Below, piece by piece: positions 38,133 through 49,405 of a stretch of 64,000 bases of DNA. Within the stretch, counting starts at the first letter, position 1, and each line of letters opens with the position of its first letter. This DNA is from Candidatus Latescibacterota bacterium. GTDB lineage: Bacteria > Latescibacterota > UBA2968 > UBA8231. A program made the position numbers and the translations under genes. Under the pieces are notes generated by a model, which saw only the letters and a program-made list of their open reading frames with translations, made no database searches and was not told where the DNA came from. The stretch is from the NCBI GenBank assembly GCA_965203175.1, contig OZ241867.1, positions 1,280,001-1,344,000 of the forward strand. Direction: 5' to 3'.

Positions 38133-39578
38133 TCAGACGGGCAGCGGCGTGAACTGCAGGCTGTACAGGTCGGCGTCGCTGAGGGCGAAGCGCAGACGCA
38201 CCGGTTTGCCGGCCAGTCCGCGGACGTCGGCGGCGCCTTTCCAGGTGACCGTGTGCTCCAGGTAGTCGCCGTAGATTTCGTCGCAGTCGCCCAGGGCGTA
38301 CCCCTTCAGCGTCTTGCCGTCGCCGTCTTGGATCTCGACGCGCACCGAGCCGGCCGCGGATGTGGCCGCGTTCAGACTCAGGGCCCCGCCCTCGAAGGTG
38401 AAGGGCCGCGTGATCAGCTCGCCCCCCTTCAGCGGCGCATTGGCGGAGACGAAGCCGTCTAGGCGCAGCGTGAAGCGCCGCAGCCGGCAGGCGTCGCCTC
38501 GGTAGTAGCCCTCGGTGGTGAAGATCGACAGCTCCTTAGGTGCCGTCGGCAGATCGTTGGCCGTCTCCAGAATGCCCCAAGCCGTCATGTTGTTGCGGTT
38601 CTCCCAGCGCTCCGGCTGCAGTCCGGGCCGCACGAAAGCCTCGCTCCAGCGCTTGAAGTGCAGGCCGTCGCGGCTGGTCATGTACACGGCGTCCGACACG
38701 CCGCTGGCGGTGTTGCCGGGCATGCGGCGATCCGGCACGAAACGCTTGGGGAAGCCCATGTAGATGTGCGGGGCCCGATGGTAGGAGGTCACCGCGTTGG
38801 TGTAGAGATGCTCGACGGGCGCGTCGGCGAAGTCGAGCCACTGCGGCTTCGTCCAGCGGCGGAAGTCCTTCGAGGTGCAGGTCATGATGTTGCGCACCCG
38901 TTCCCCGCCGGGGTAGATGGAGTCTCGGTGGTAGTCGACGTAGCAGCCGCGCAGCGGGTCGAAAAAGGCGAGGTTCAGCGAGTCGAAGGCGCCCACGGTG
39001 ATCACCGGCTTCTCCGACAGCAGGCTCCAATGTACGCCGTCGGCCGACTTGAAGGCGTAGAGGGCCTGCTCCTCGGTGGTGCGCGCCAGTGCGCTCCCCA
39101 AGGCTTTGTATTCTTCCCCCTCCCGGCAGTCCGGGTTGCGGTCGCGGAAGGGCGCGAAGTTGTGCGCGCCGATGCCGTCCCAGACGATGTTGTTGCGCGT
39201 CGAGCCTTGGTAGTTGACCAGGCCCAGCTCCGGCCGGTACCACTCGATGCCGTCGCGGCTTTCGGCGTAGCATACGACCGGCCGGTAGTGGTTGCCTGAC
39301 GGGTCGTAGTGCGAGCCGCGATAGTAGGCGCGGAACAGCTTGCCGTCTTGGAATACCGTGTGGTAGGCGCTGGTGTTGCCCTCCCACGGCGCGTCGTGGT
39401 CGATCGCCACGTTCCGTGGCACTGGCTTCTGCAGGCGCAGCTCGACGCCGCGCAGCCGCTCGATCAGGTAGTCGTCGACTAACAGCTCGCGCCGGTTGCC
39501 CAGCTCGATGACGCCCGTCGGGGTACTGTTGGCGGTCTTTCTCTTCGTCTTCGTCTTCGATCTCTTTTTCTTGGCCAT
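38133..39578 (-). CDS. Beta-propeller glycosidase-like protein, paralogue of 36737-38116, with Lys-rich N-terminus
   Basis: DAPWEG, CYAES.DGI.W.RPELG, S.DG+HW, RLDGFVS..GELITRPF, LRF.L.DADLYS. Confidence 0.72.
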   Translation of the reverse strand: MAKKKRSKTKTKRKTANSTPTGVIELGNRRELLVDDYLIERLRGVELRLQKPVPRNVAIDHDAPWEGNTSAYHTVFQDGKLFRAYYRGSHYDPSGNHYRPVVCYAESRDGIEWYRPELGLVNYQGSTRNNIVWDGIGAHNFAPFRDRNPDCREGEEYKALGSALARTTEEQALYAFKSADGVHWSLLSEKPVITVGAFDSLNLAFFDPLRGCYVDYHRDSIYPGGERVRNIMTCTSKDFRRWTKPQWLDFADAPVEHLYTNAVTSYHRAPHIYMGFPKRFVPDRRMPGNTASGVSDAVYMTSRDGLHFKRWSEAFVRPGLQPERWENRNNMTAWGILETANDLPTAPKELSIFTTEGYYRGDACRLRRFTLRLDGFVSANAPLKGGELITRPFTFEGGALSLNAATSAAGSVRVEIQDGDGKTLKGYALGDCDEIYGDYLEHTVTWKGAADVRGLAGKPVRLRFALSDADLYSLQFTPLPV

Positions 39579-39626
39579 CTCCGGTTTCCTTTCTGTATTG
39601 CGGGCTACCCTGCCGACGATCGGCCT

Positions 39627-41663
39627 TCAGATCTGGGTCAGGAAGCTGCCCGTGGTGCCCGTGGCGTAGTCGATCACTAGGAATACCCCGGCCCCGACGA
39701 TTTCGCCCAGGATTAGACCCAAGAAAAAGGGCCGCAAGTTGCGGTAGAGGCGCACGCCGCCGTAGCGCAGGATCACCAGCTTCAGGAACCAGGCCAGCAG
39801 GGCGCTGCAGAAGATGTGACCCGTCTTCCAATTGGCGGCGATCGTGAACCCGAGCGGGTTGAGGGGCCACCACAGGAAGTGGTGGCGCGCCCACATGAGC
39901 GCCGCCATCACGCCTGCCCCGATGCCCATGAACTGATAGGCGTCCCAGCGCGGGCCTTCGGGTTCGGCGGCGATACGCGGGGCCATGTCCATGGGTCCGA
40001 AGTGGGTGGACTGCCAGGAGAAGAACAAGGGGTTGAGGTTGATGCCGCCGTACTCGTACGCCATGACTAGGGTGACGTAAGAGGAGCCCGCTAGGCTGAC
40101 TAGGATGGCCAGGACAATGGCCCAAAACAGCCGGCGCTTCTGGCCGCGGATCATTTCGCTCATCTTCAGCCCGTTGGCGACTGAGGCCATCACGAAGGAG
40201 CGGACCTCGGCGTGCCAGCCGTAGGAGAAGCCGAGCGCCACCAAGCCCTGGGTGCCGATGGAGGAGGTGCCGACCGCGGAGATCACGAAGGTCGAGGTCA
40301 TCAGGGGCGGACGCATGGCCGGGATGCCGCCCTCGGCGACCACCCGCGTCAGCGCCATGAACAGGATCATGGCGCCGAAGACGAACAGCACTGCCACCGG
40401 GAAGGGCAGGCCGATCGTCGACAGCCAGATGGCGACGGTCAGCAGGCCGGCAAGCAGCCCGAAAAACGCCTGCCGATAGGAGAGGATCTCGCCGCTGTCA
40501 TCGATTTCCCGCAGCCCGCCGACGGCCTTTGCCACCACATCGCGCAGGTGCCGACGCGCCACCCACAGCCCGACGACGACGAAGGCGATCATCGCCCCGA
40601 GACCCTGGTGGGCTAGGAAGGGATCTTCGGAGTAGAAGTCGATCCGCTGCGTACTCTGCACGCCGATCGTGTTGAAGATGCCCCGCTGCAGCCTGACGAG
40701 GACGTAGAAGACCCAGATCGAGGCCGAGATGTCGAGGTTGACGAAATAGAAGAACCCGGTCCAGGGCGGGCTGAACCAGAAGCTGAGCCAGGTGTTGCCG
40801 AACAGGGGCACGCCCACGGCGCGCTCGAAGCGGGGAAACTCCGGAAAGTAGGAGTGTAAGCCGTTGACGCTCAACAACAAAAAGGAGACGGCGAAGCCTA
40901 GCCACATGGTCTTGTTGGTGAAGAACGAGCGGCCTACAGCGCCGCCGCCCTCCCGCCGCATCATCTCCATCGGCACTTGCACCAGCGCGTAGCTGAGCTT
41001 CTCGTTGTCGACCCACTGCTTGCGTAGAATGACCATCGCGCAGATCATGGCAAAGGCGAGGGCGAGAAAGAAGCCGAACCACAGGCTCAGGGGCACGACC
41101 CAGGCACCCCAGGGAATCGAGGCCCCCTCGGGCAGCCCCTCAAAAAAATAGCGGGCCACGTTCTCGCCGCGCGGGATCATCCACTGGGGGATGTATTGAT
41201 TGTAGAGGGAATCCCAGTTGTTCTCGGGCGTGGCGTAGTAGGTCGACCCGAGGAGGCAGGGGATCATGAACTGAGTGAAGCCCATGCCGGGGATGCAGCA
41301 GGCCACCACCAGCATGATGTAGATGGTGATCAGTTCCGCCCGGGTCAGCGCCAGCCATCGGTGGAGGAGGCCGACTGCGGCACTGGCCAAGACGAGGAAG
41401 AAAAATAAAAAGAGGGCGGCCGGGGTGCTGAAGTTGAGGGTTAGGTAGGAGCCTCGGATCTCATTCGTCGCGTAGGTGTCGCAGATGTTGAGCACCAGAG
41501 CCAGCACTGCCCCGATGAGGATGCCCCGCAGCGGGATCCTCTGCAGATCCCGCGCCTGCTGTCGGTCCCCCTGCGGAGGTGCCGTCATCGGGGGCGTGGC
41601 TGGTGGTGCGTCGCGAGGCGGCGGTCGCAACTGTCGCGAGGCGGCAGCGGTCGCAACGGCCAA
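39627..41663 (-). CDS. Polytopic membrane protein, DUF6785/DUF6784 (OPT-like putative transporter)
   Basis: About 15 or more hydrophobic segments; YYATPEN.W, IPW.AW..PL..W, ILRKQW...EKL.Y, RVVAEGG, WWPLNPLGF, RYGG..LY...RPFFLGLILGE; start uncertain (TTG 41663 or ATG 41588). Confidence 0.72.
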   Translation of the reverse strand: MAVATAAASRQLRPPPRDAPPATPPMTAPPQGDRQQARDLQRIPLRGILIGAVLALVLNICDTYATNEIRGSYLTLNFSTPAALFLFFFLVLASAAVGLLHRWLALTRAELITIYIMLVVACCIPGMGFTQFMIPCLLGSTYYATPENNWDSLYNQYIPQWMIPRGENVARYFFEGLPEGASIPWGAWVVPLSLWFGFFLALAFAMICAMVILRKQWVDNEKLSYALVQVPMEMMRREGGGAVGRSFFTNKTMWLGFAVSFLLLSVNGLHSYFPEFPRFERAVGVPLFGNTWLSFWFSPPWTGFFYFVNLDISASIWVFYVLVRLQRGIFNTIGVQSTQRIDFYSEDPFLAHQGLGAMIAFVVVGLWVARRHLRDVVAKAVGGLREIDDSGEILSYRQAFFGLLAGLLTVAIWLSTIGLPFPVAVLFVFGAMILFMALTRVVAEGGIPAMRPPLMTSTFVISAVGTSSIGTQGLVALGFSYGWHAEVRSFVMASVANGLKMSEMIRGQKRRLFWAIVLAILVSLAGSSYVTLVMAYEYGGINLNPLFFSWQSTHFGPMDMAPRIAAEPEGPRWDAYQFMGIGAGVMAALMWARHHFLWWPLNPLGFTIAANWKTGHIFCSALLAWFLKLVILRYGGVRLYRNLRPFFLGLILGEIVGAGVFLVIDYATGTTGSFLTQI

Positions 41664-41988
41664 GCGCTCACATCCGGGCCCGTCACCGCAGCGGTGACAA
41701 CCCCGAGGAGCGGGCCGTTTTTCTCATGGTTTTGCCCGTGTATAGGCATAACTCGTATCAAGCGCTTAATTTCTTACTTTGATTTCTTCATCTGATTTTT
41801 TGTCCTAAATTTAGGCCCGAAAAGCCTAACTTGGCAAGCATCCTCCTCTGGTATGGGACAATGTGGTCCTCTATGGAGAATATGTCATCAACCCCAAGAT
41901 GATCCGCAACCGCCCCGCTTTGGTCGGTACCCAGATACCAGCGTTCACGGATACTAGCGTTCACTCATAACTAGTAGGGCGTGCTCTG

Positions 41989-43101
41989 ATGGCTCAGGTT
42001 CTATCTAATCGCACCGTCGTCCGGGACGGTTGGCACAATATGTGTTCCGACCTCTGCTTCTGGCGGGACACCTTCTGGCTGGTCTACGATCGGACTTCGG
42101 CACACACAGCGCCTGACGGCGTCATCGTTCTGCTGAGATCGGCGGACTTGAGACGCTGGGACGAGGTCGCCGTCTTCAGGACGCCCAACGACGCGAGGGA
42201 CGGGAAACTCGCGGCTACCGACGATGAGCTCTTCGTGTTCTGCGCCGACAGCAGATATGAACCGATCGCCGGACGGAAGCGGCAGGTAATCCACTCTTAC
42301 GTCTTCGTTTCGGACGACGGCTACAGTTGGTCGGCACCGACGGGAATACTCGACAGAAACTACTGGCTGTGGCGCGTGAGGGTACACGACGGGGTCTTCT
42401 ACTGTGCCGAAAAGGGGGGTGAGCTCCTTTCCAGCCAAGACGGCCGCAACTGGACGTTCGTTTCCAGAATTCCCGATGGTGAGGGCGCAACCCCGCAGGA
42501 GCTGCAGGAAGCCCGCGAGCTCGACCACCGCACGACGCCGCGATTCAACGAAGCGGACGTCATCTTCCGACCGGACGGAGAGCTGTGGTGCGTATCCCGG
42601 ACGAGGGAGCCCGACCAGCATTCGCTCCTCTACACTTCCATCCCCCCTTACAAGGAGTGGTCGTGCGTGGACCTCGAGACGCTGATCCAATGTCCGGCGC
42701 TGTGCGAATCGGGAGGGAAGGTGTACGCGGCCGGGCGCCGCGACCCCACCGCACCTTGGATTCCGCAGCACTCGCCCGCGGGCAACACTGGGATTTTCCT
42801 GCTGGGTCGGGATGGAGTGACGCCGGTATTCGCGCTGCCGAGCGACGGGGACGCGGCCTATCCGGGTCTTCTCTCGCTCGAGGCGGACCGGCTGATCATC
42901 AGCTACTACTCGCAGCACGCCTATCTGAGCGGCGTGGTCGAGGGCGAGAAGAGACACCTCCCCCACATAGAGCGGTGGGGGGCTCTCCGGCGAGACGCGC
43001 CCCCGCCCGGCTACGAGCTGTCGCACTTCAAGAGCGGGCCTGCCGACATCTTCGTCGCCGAAGTCGATCTAGCGGCCGAGAACGTGGAGGCGTCATTCTG
43101 A
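41989..43101 (+). CDS. Sialidase-like (BNR/Asp-box) beta-propeller protein
   Basis: RSADL..W, SDDGYSWS, SQDGRNW Asp-boxes; DARD.KL; WLWRV; LPS.GD.AYPG..ISYYS. Confidence 0.65.
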   Translation: MAQVLSNRTVVRDGWHNMCSDLCFWRDTFWLVYDRTSAHTAPDGVIVLLRSADLRRWDEVAVFRTPNDARDGKLAATDDELFVFCADSRYEPIAGRKRQVIHSYVFVSDDGYSWSAPTGILDRNYWLWRVRVHDGVFYCAEKGGELLSSQDGRNWTFVSRIPDGEGATPQELQEARELDHRTTPRFNEADVIFRPDGELWCVSRTREPDQHSLLYTSIPPYKEWSCVDLETLIQCPALCESGGKVYAAGRRDPTAPWIPQHSPAGNTGIFLLGRDGVTPVFALPSDGDAAYPGLLSLEADRLIISYYSQHAYLSGVVEGEKRHLPHIERWGALRRDAPPPGYELSHFKSGPADIFVAEVDLAAENVEASF

Positions 43102-43112
43102 GGAGAGCGGCC

Positions 43113-44171
43113 TTATTGCGACCAAGCTTGAGGGTCCAGCCCAAGGCTCCGTGCGGCCTCGATGATGTGGCCCCAAGTCGTGTCGTCGATGGGAATACCC
43201 TCTTCTTGGCGCTGGTGCCCCGTGCGGTATTCAGGGTCGCCGGGCAGCAGTATCTCGCCGATATGCGGATCAACCCGGCTGGTGGATACATGGCGGATTA
43301 GGCTTTCGAGCTCGTCGAAGTAGTAGTCCATTTCGACGAAGTGCTCGATGTTGTACACCGTTAGGTGTAGCCCGTTGCTCTGCATGACGGTCTCGCCGTT
43401 GGCACAGCCCTGACCGCTGAGGGCCCCGCCTAGGATCTCAACTATCATACTCAGGCAGTACCCCTTATAGGCCACCGGGCCGCCGAAAGGCAGGATCGCG
43501 CCGGGCGGATCGCCGACAAAGGCCTCTGGATCGGTAGAGGGGTTGCCATCGTGGTCGATAATCCGCCCCTCGGGTAGCTGTTCTCCCCGGTTGTGGGCGA
43601 CGCGGACCTTGCCCTCGGCGCAGACCGAAGTGGTCATATCGACCAAGAGCGGATCGGCGTTGCGCCGAGGTGCAGCGCAGGATATGGGGTTGGTGCTGAG
43701 CTTGCCGTCGATCCCACCGTAGGGAGCAATCTGGCGCCCGAGATGACCGGCGTTGCAAAAGGCTAGGCCGATCATGCCTTGGCGGGCGACCTGTAGCGGA
43801 TAGGCCCCCACCCGGCCAACGTGCCCGCAGTTGCGCAGCGTGGCGGTAGCGACCCCGTACTGGGCGGCCTTGTCGATGGCTAGCTGGGTGGCGAAGGTCC
43901 CGCCGATCTGGCCCATAGTGCTGCCGCCATCGACGACCACTGTGCAGGGTCTTTCGCTGACAATAGAGGGCTGGCCTTTGGGATCAAAGATGCCGTCTTG
44001 GATCTGTTCGACGTATTCGTAGAGGCGCAGGCTGCCGTGCGAGTCGTGTCCGTAGAGAGAAGACTCGACTAAGTGGTCGGTCACGGCGCGGGCGCTGGCG
44101 GGAGGGCAGCCGGCCGTCTCGAAAAGCTGGTACCCTATCTGGCGCAGGTCGTCGGGTTTGATGTGCGGCAT
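43113..44171 (-). CDS. Ldh_2 family (malate/L-lactate dehydrogenase-like) oxidoreductase
   Basis: GHDSHG, HVGRVGAY, STNPI, DMTTS...EGK, PFGG...YKGY.L, LLPGDPE. Confidence 0.92.
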   Translation of the reverse strand: MPHIKPDDLRQIGYQLFETAGCPPASARAVTDHLVESSLYGHDSHGSLRLYEYVEQIQDGIFDPKGQPSIVSERPCTVVVDGGSTMGQIGGTFATQLAIDKAAQYGVATATLRNCGHVGRVGAYPLQVARQGMIGLAFCNAGHLGRQIAPYGGIDGKLSTNPISCAAPRRNADPLLVDMTTSVCAEGKVRVAHNRGEQLPEGRIIDHDGNPSTDPEAFVGDPPGAILPFGGPVAYKGYCLSMIVEILGGALSGQGCANGETVMQSNGLHLTVYNIEHFVEMDYYFDELESLIRHVSTSRVDPHIGEILLPGDPEYRTGHQRQEEGIPIDDTTWGHIIEAARSLGLDPQAWSQ

Positions 44172-44986
44172 TAGTTAGTTGCTCCCTCGAGGACGCGCTC
44201 GATTTCTCGTTCCCAAGTCTCAGCGACTCGCACGCCGTATTCGGCTTGGCCACCAGTGGCTTCCGGCCCCACCAAGATGGGCTGGCCGCGTCTTTGGCCG
44301 ATGAGCTTGGCGCGATCGACGCAGGCGGTGTGCAGGAAGTGAAAGGCAAGTCCGGCGCGCTCGCGATTGGTGGTATTTGCCTTGGTGGAGTGGGCGGTGC
44401 CGTAGCAGAAGAAAACGACGCCACCGGCCTTTAGCTCAATGGGCACGGCGCGTTCCTCGGGTACTTGGCAGTGGATGTGGTGATCGGAGTAGGGGTCGCG
44501 GCCGTGCGGATATTCCTCTTTGAAGGAGTCGTGCACGACGTGGATGGTGCCATTTTCGATGGTTGCGTCGTGAACGGCAACCCACATGGCAGTGCCTTTT
44601 AATGGGTCGTCTATTTTGAAATAGGCGTTGTCTTGGTGCCAGTCTGTGCCGATGCCGTGTCCGGCCGGCTTGAGAAACATCTGATCTAGGTGTAGGATGA
44701 AGGGAGTGCCGATGAGCTGTGAAATGGAGATGGTGACTTTTTCGTCAAAGGGCAGGGCGCGGATGAGATCGCTTTTGTCGTACAGAGGAATCAGTTGCAA
44801 ATTGACCTTGGTGGTGGAGGGAGTCTCGCCGTCGCCCTCGGTGGCGACATTGCGGACCAAGCCCTCGCGTTTGAAGCGCTCGACTTCGGCTTGTATGGCT
44901 TGGACTTCGCGGGGAGCAAAAAAATCGAGCACCGCAACGTAGCCGTGATTTTTGAAATGGGTTACTTGGGCGTGGGAGAGAGACAC
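44171..44986 (-). CDS. Phytanoyl-CoA dioxygenase (PhyH) family protein
   Basis: DQMFLKP..WHQDNAYF, WVAVHDATIENG, H...N...R. Confidence 0.9.
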   Translation of the reverse strand: MSLSHAQVTHFKNHGYVAVLDFFAPREVQAIQAEVERFKREGLVRNVATEGDGETPSTTKVNLQLIPLYDKSDLIRALPFDEKVTISISQLIGTPFILHLDQMFLKPAGHGIGTDWHQDNAYFKIDDPLKGTAMWVAVHDATIENGTIHVVHDSFKEEYPHGRDPYSDHHIHCQVPEERAVPIELKAGGVVFFCYGTAHSTKANTTNRERAGLAFHFLHTACVDRAKLIGQRRGQPILVGPEATGGQAEYGVRVAETWEREIERVLEGATN

Positions 44987-45019
44987 GGGTGGTTCCTCGT
45001 CTTGTGCAGGGTGGCGGGA

Positions 45020-46432
45020 CTAGGTTGCGCGCTGAGAGGCTCGCGCCAACTCGCATAAGAGCGCGGCCGCAGTGCGGATGCCGCGGTGAAAGTCGCGCAT
45101 GGAAAAGCGCTCGTTAGGGCCGTGCCAATTGTCGGTGATTTGCCCTAGGCCGATGAGCAGGACCGGTGCGCCCGTCGCAGCGGCAAAATCGACGACGATG
45201 GGGATGGAGCCGCCCTCGCGGGTAAACACCGGCTCGATTCCGAATCCCTTGCGCATCGCCGCGAGCGCAGGCTCGACTAGTGGATGGTCTAGATCCAAAT
45301 AGTAGGCCAGTGAGCAATGCTGGTTTTTGAATTCGACGCGGGTGTCTGCGGGCAGACGAGCGCGGATGTGCTCTTCGAGGGCAGCTTGGATGTGTTCGGG
45401 GTTTTGGTCGGGCACTAGTCGGCAAGAGACGGCCGCTCGGGCTACCGCCGGTATGACGGTGCGCGGACTGCCGCCGCGGAGGAGGTTGATGTCGAGCGTG
45501 GGACGAGTCCAGCGTCTTTCGAGGAGGGAGTATTCCCGTTCTCCCACCAGCGAGGGCACGCCCAAGGTGCGGCAATAGGCTTCCTCATCAACCGCGAGGG
45601 CAGCGTAGAGGCTTTTTTCTCGGGCCGAAAGCGGCTGCACCCCCTCGTAGAAACCGGGCACAGTGATATGCCCGTCGGCGTCAATGAGGTCGGCCAAGGC
45701 GTTGACGAGTAGTTGATTGGGATTGTGGACAATCCCGCCGAAAAGACCGGAATGCACGTCCTGGGTCGGCCCCAAAACCTCGACTTCGGTATAGACAATA
45801 CCGCGCAGACCCAAAGTCAGCGAGGGCTGGTCCGGCCCGTACATGCTGGTATCGGAAATCACCGTACAGAGCACTGGGGCAAATTCATCAAGCCCACCCT
45901 CGGCCACAAACTGGCTCAACGCAGCGCTGCCGCATTCCTCCTCGCCTTCGATCAGGAAGACCAGATTGAACGGAAGCTGATTCCCATTGGCGAAGACGAC
46001 TTCGGCCGCCTTCAGATGCGCGAAGCAGGGCCCCTTATTGTCGCTGGCCCCTCGGGCGATTAGGAAGCCATCCCGCTCCTCGGCGGCAAAGGGATCCACC
46101 TCCCAAGCCGAGCGCGGATTGTCCACGCCTTGGACATCATAATGACCGTAGATCAAGACGGTGGGTCGGTCCGGCGAGAACGCGGGGCTACGGGCAAGAA
46201 CCAAGGGATTGGTAGCGGGCCTCACTTGGATCTTCTCGACCTCGAACCCCATTTGCTCGAATTGGCCGACGAGGAAATCGGCCGCTTGGGCGAGGCCCTC
46301 GCCTGTATCGTCATCGGCCCCAGCACTGACGCTGGGGATGCGTATAAAGGATTTCAGTTGTTCGATATAGGCCCGCTGCTGCTCGTCGATACACAGCAGC
46401 GCTTTTTCCAAGGCTACGCCTTCCTCTCGCAT
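45020..46432 (-). CDS. M20 family dipeptidase
   Basis: YGHYDVQ, RGASDNKG, EGEEE, GLRG, DVHSG.FGG, EGGSIP, HGPNE. Confidence 0.92.
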   Translation of the reverse strand: MREEGVALEKALLCIDEQQRAYIEQLKSFIRIPSVSAGADDDTGEGLAQAADFLVGQFEQMGFEVEKIQVRPATNPLVLARSPAFSPDRPTVLIYGHYDVQGVDNPRSAWEVDPFAAEERDGFLIARGASDNKGPCFAHLKAAEVVFANGNQLPFNLVFLIEGEEECGSAALSQFVAEGGLDEFAPVLCTVISDTSMYGPDQPSLTLGLRGIVYTEVEVLGPTQDVHSGLFGGIVHNPNQLLVNALADLIDADGHITVPGFYEGVQPLSAREKSLYAALAVDEEAYCRTLGVPSLVGEREYSLLERRWTRPTLDINLLRGGSPRTVIPAVARAAVSCRLVPDQNPEHIQAALEEHIRARLPADTRVEFKNQHCSLAYYLDLDHPLVEPALAAMRKGFGIEPVFTREGGSIPIVVDFAAATGAPVLLIGLGQITDNWHGPNERFSMRDFHRGIRTAAALLCELARASQRAT

Positions 46433-46611
46433 CGCTTCTCTGTTCTCTGATCGTCTTCCCCACCCTGCAGCCTAGCCCGCCAGCGCGCATTTCGACCAGC
46501 GGTGGTGCTCTTGCTGAGGTCGGGTTTATTCATTAGCTTTTTGCAAAACAAAAATTGAGAATCAAGTCCGATTTGCCCGCCTTGCCCGCTTCCCGCAACT
46601 GTGCAATATAA

Positions 46612-47736
<1,125 letters not shown>

Positions 47737-47784
47737 CTCAATACGAAGCCCTGCGCCTTAGGCGGAGACAGAAAGGCGAAACGC

Positions 47785-48270
47785 ATGTTTGAGGAAGTCT
47801 GGAGAGCCTACGAAGAAAACGAACTAAGCCACAGTGCGGCCCATCACCTGATGGCGGTCCACGAGTTGCGCGAGGCGCACGGCTACGCCCGCGTCTCGGA
47901 TGTCGCCAAGCATCTGAGCATCACCAAAGGTAGCGTCTCGACAGCCATGAAGCACCTCAAGGAGCGCGGCTATGTGCAAGAGGATCTCAATCGCTTCCTC
48001 GAACTTACCGAACAGGGCTTGAAAGTGGTGCAGGAGGTCGAGGAAACGCGCTTGGTCGTACAGCGGTTCCTTAAAGATGCCCTCGGTATGGATGAGGACG
48101 ACGCCATGATCGACGCCTGTAAGGTCGAGCACCTAATCAGTACGGAAGCGCGGATGCGGCTGGTCCATTTTCTGCGCGTGTTGTTTTCGGAAAAACCTGC
48201 GGCCAATGGGTTCCTCCAGATGTTCCGCGAAGATGCCCTAGAGTCTAGCAATGGCGACGTGAAAGCGTGA
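47785..48270 (+). CDS. DtxR/MntR family metal-dependent transcriptional regulator
   Basis: ARVSDVAKHL.IT.GSVS.AMK.L...G, LT..G, DACKVEH.IS. Confidence 0.88.
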   Translation: MFEEVWRAYEENELSHSAAHHLMAVHELREAHGYARVSDVAKHLSITKGSVSTAMKHLKERGYVQEDLNRFLELTEQGLKVVQEVEETRLVVQRFLKDALGMDEDDAMIDACKVEHLISTEARMRLVHFLRVLFSEKPAANGFLQMFREDALESSNGDVKA

Positions 48271-48354
48271 AACCTCTGCGGCCTGTTATGGCTACCCCCT
48301 GGTTGCCCTAGCAGAGAGCGAGTAGATTCTGAGAGGACATAGCTTCTATCTATC

Positions 48355-48381
48355 AGGCCGGACGTCGTCCGGCCTTTTTTT
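48355..48381 (+). terminator. Intrinsic terminator
   Basis: AGGCCGGAC-GTC-GTCCGGCCT followed by a T run. Confidence 0.8.
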
Positions 48382-48390
48382 GAGTGAACA

Positions 48391-49356
48391 ATGCTAGGTT
48401 TCCTTCTGCGACAATTTCTGCCCGTTGGTTTGTTGGTCGTGGCCGTGGTGGGTTTCTTCTTTCCCCGTCCAGGCCTTTACATGGCCGAACTACCCACGCA
48501 GTACGTCGCGGTTGGCCTCATCTTTTTCTTGTCGGGTCTGATGCTAAAGACCGACGAAGTCCACGCCGCCCTCGCCGCGTGGAAGGCGACGTCCTGGGGG
48601 TGTGTTTCGATTCTCTTTGCCACGCCCTTTCTCGGTGCGGCGATCGCGTTCCAACTTCCGATGGAGCCCGCCTTCCAATTCGGTCTGGCCCTGTTCTGCT
48701 GCATGCCGACGACCCTGACTTCGGGCGTGGCGCTGACGGCGCAGGCCCGGGGCAACGTCGCCTTGGCCTTGCTTTTGACGGTGCTGACCAATATCGCCGG
48801 TATCTTCACGGTGCCCTTCGTGTTGGCGCATCTTCTGAGTTCCCTAGGCCAGGTCGAGCTTTCGGCTAGCGATCTGTTCGCCAAACTCTGTCTTTCGATC
48901 TTGCTGCCCTTGGGTGTCGGCAAGTACCTGCGGCGCTTTGCCGTCGATTGGATTGACGCCCAGCGCTCGCAGTTGACTTTGGCCAGCAACGCGGCGCTGA
49001 TCTCGATTCCGTGGATGAAATTCAGCGAGTCTTCCGGACGGCTAGCCCAGATAGAACCTGCGAGCTTGTTGATTCTGGTAGTGTCTGGATTGGCAATCCA
49101 CGCACTCTACCTGCTGCTCAACGGCGGCGCTTGCGCGCTTTTGCAACTCGAAGCGGCGGCGCGCAAGACCGTTGTGCTGATGGCCAGCCAAAAGACCTTG
49201 CCGGTGGCGATGACGGTGCTGGCATTTTTGCCGGATTCGGCGGTCTCGCCCGAGCAGAAGGGGTTGCTAGCAATACCTTGTATTGTATTTCACCTAGGGC
49301 AGATTTTCATGGATGCAGTTATCGCGACGCGGTGGGGGAACCGTGCAGCAGGTTAG
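48391..49356 (+). CDS. Bile acid:sodium symporter-like (SBF-like/SLC10A7) transporter
   Basis: IFFLSGL.L, CMPTTLTSGV.LT..A.GN, SQKTLP, PC++.H..Q+..D. Confidence 0.85.
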   Translation: MLGFLLRQFLPVGLLVVAVVGFFFPRPGLYMAELPTQYVAVGLIFFLSGLMLKTDEVHAALAAWKATSWGCVSILFATPFLGAAIAFQLPMEPAFQFGLALFCCMPTTLTSGVALTAQARGNVALALLLTVLTNIAGIFTVPFVLAHLLSSLGQVELSASDLFAKLCLSILLPLGVGKYLRRFAVDWIDAQRSQLTLASNAALISIPWMKFSESSGRLAQIEPASLLILVVSGLAIHALYLLLNGGACALLQLEAAARKTVVLMASQKTLPVAMTVLAFLPDSAVSPEQKGLLAIPCIVFHLGQIFMDAVIATRWGNRAAG

Positions 49357-49405
49357 GTGTTCTCACAGTGCAGGCTATGGCTCTCTTTTAATGGAGAGGA
49401 AGACT

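Noticed and set aside
41958-41970. CGTTCACTCATAA resembles the attI-adjacent CGCTCACTCATAA (14218-14230)
   Set aside because: A short match with no GTT core and no cassette context; likely chance.
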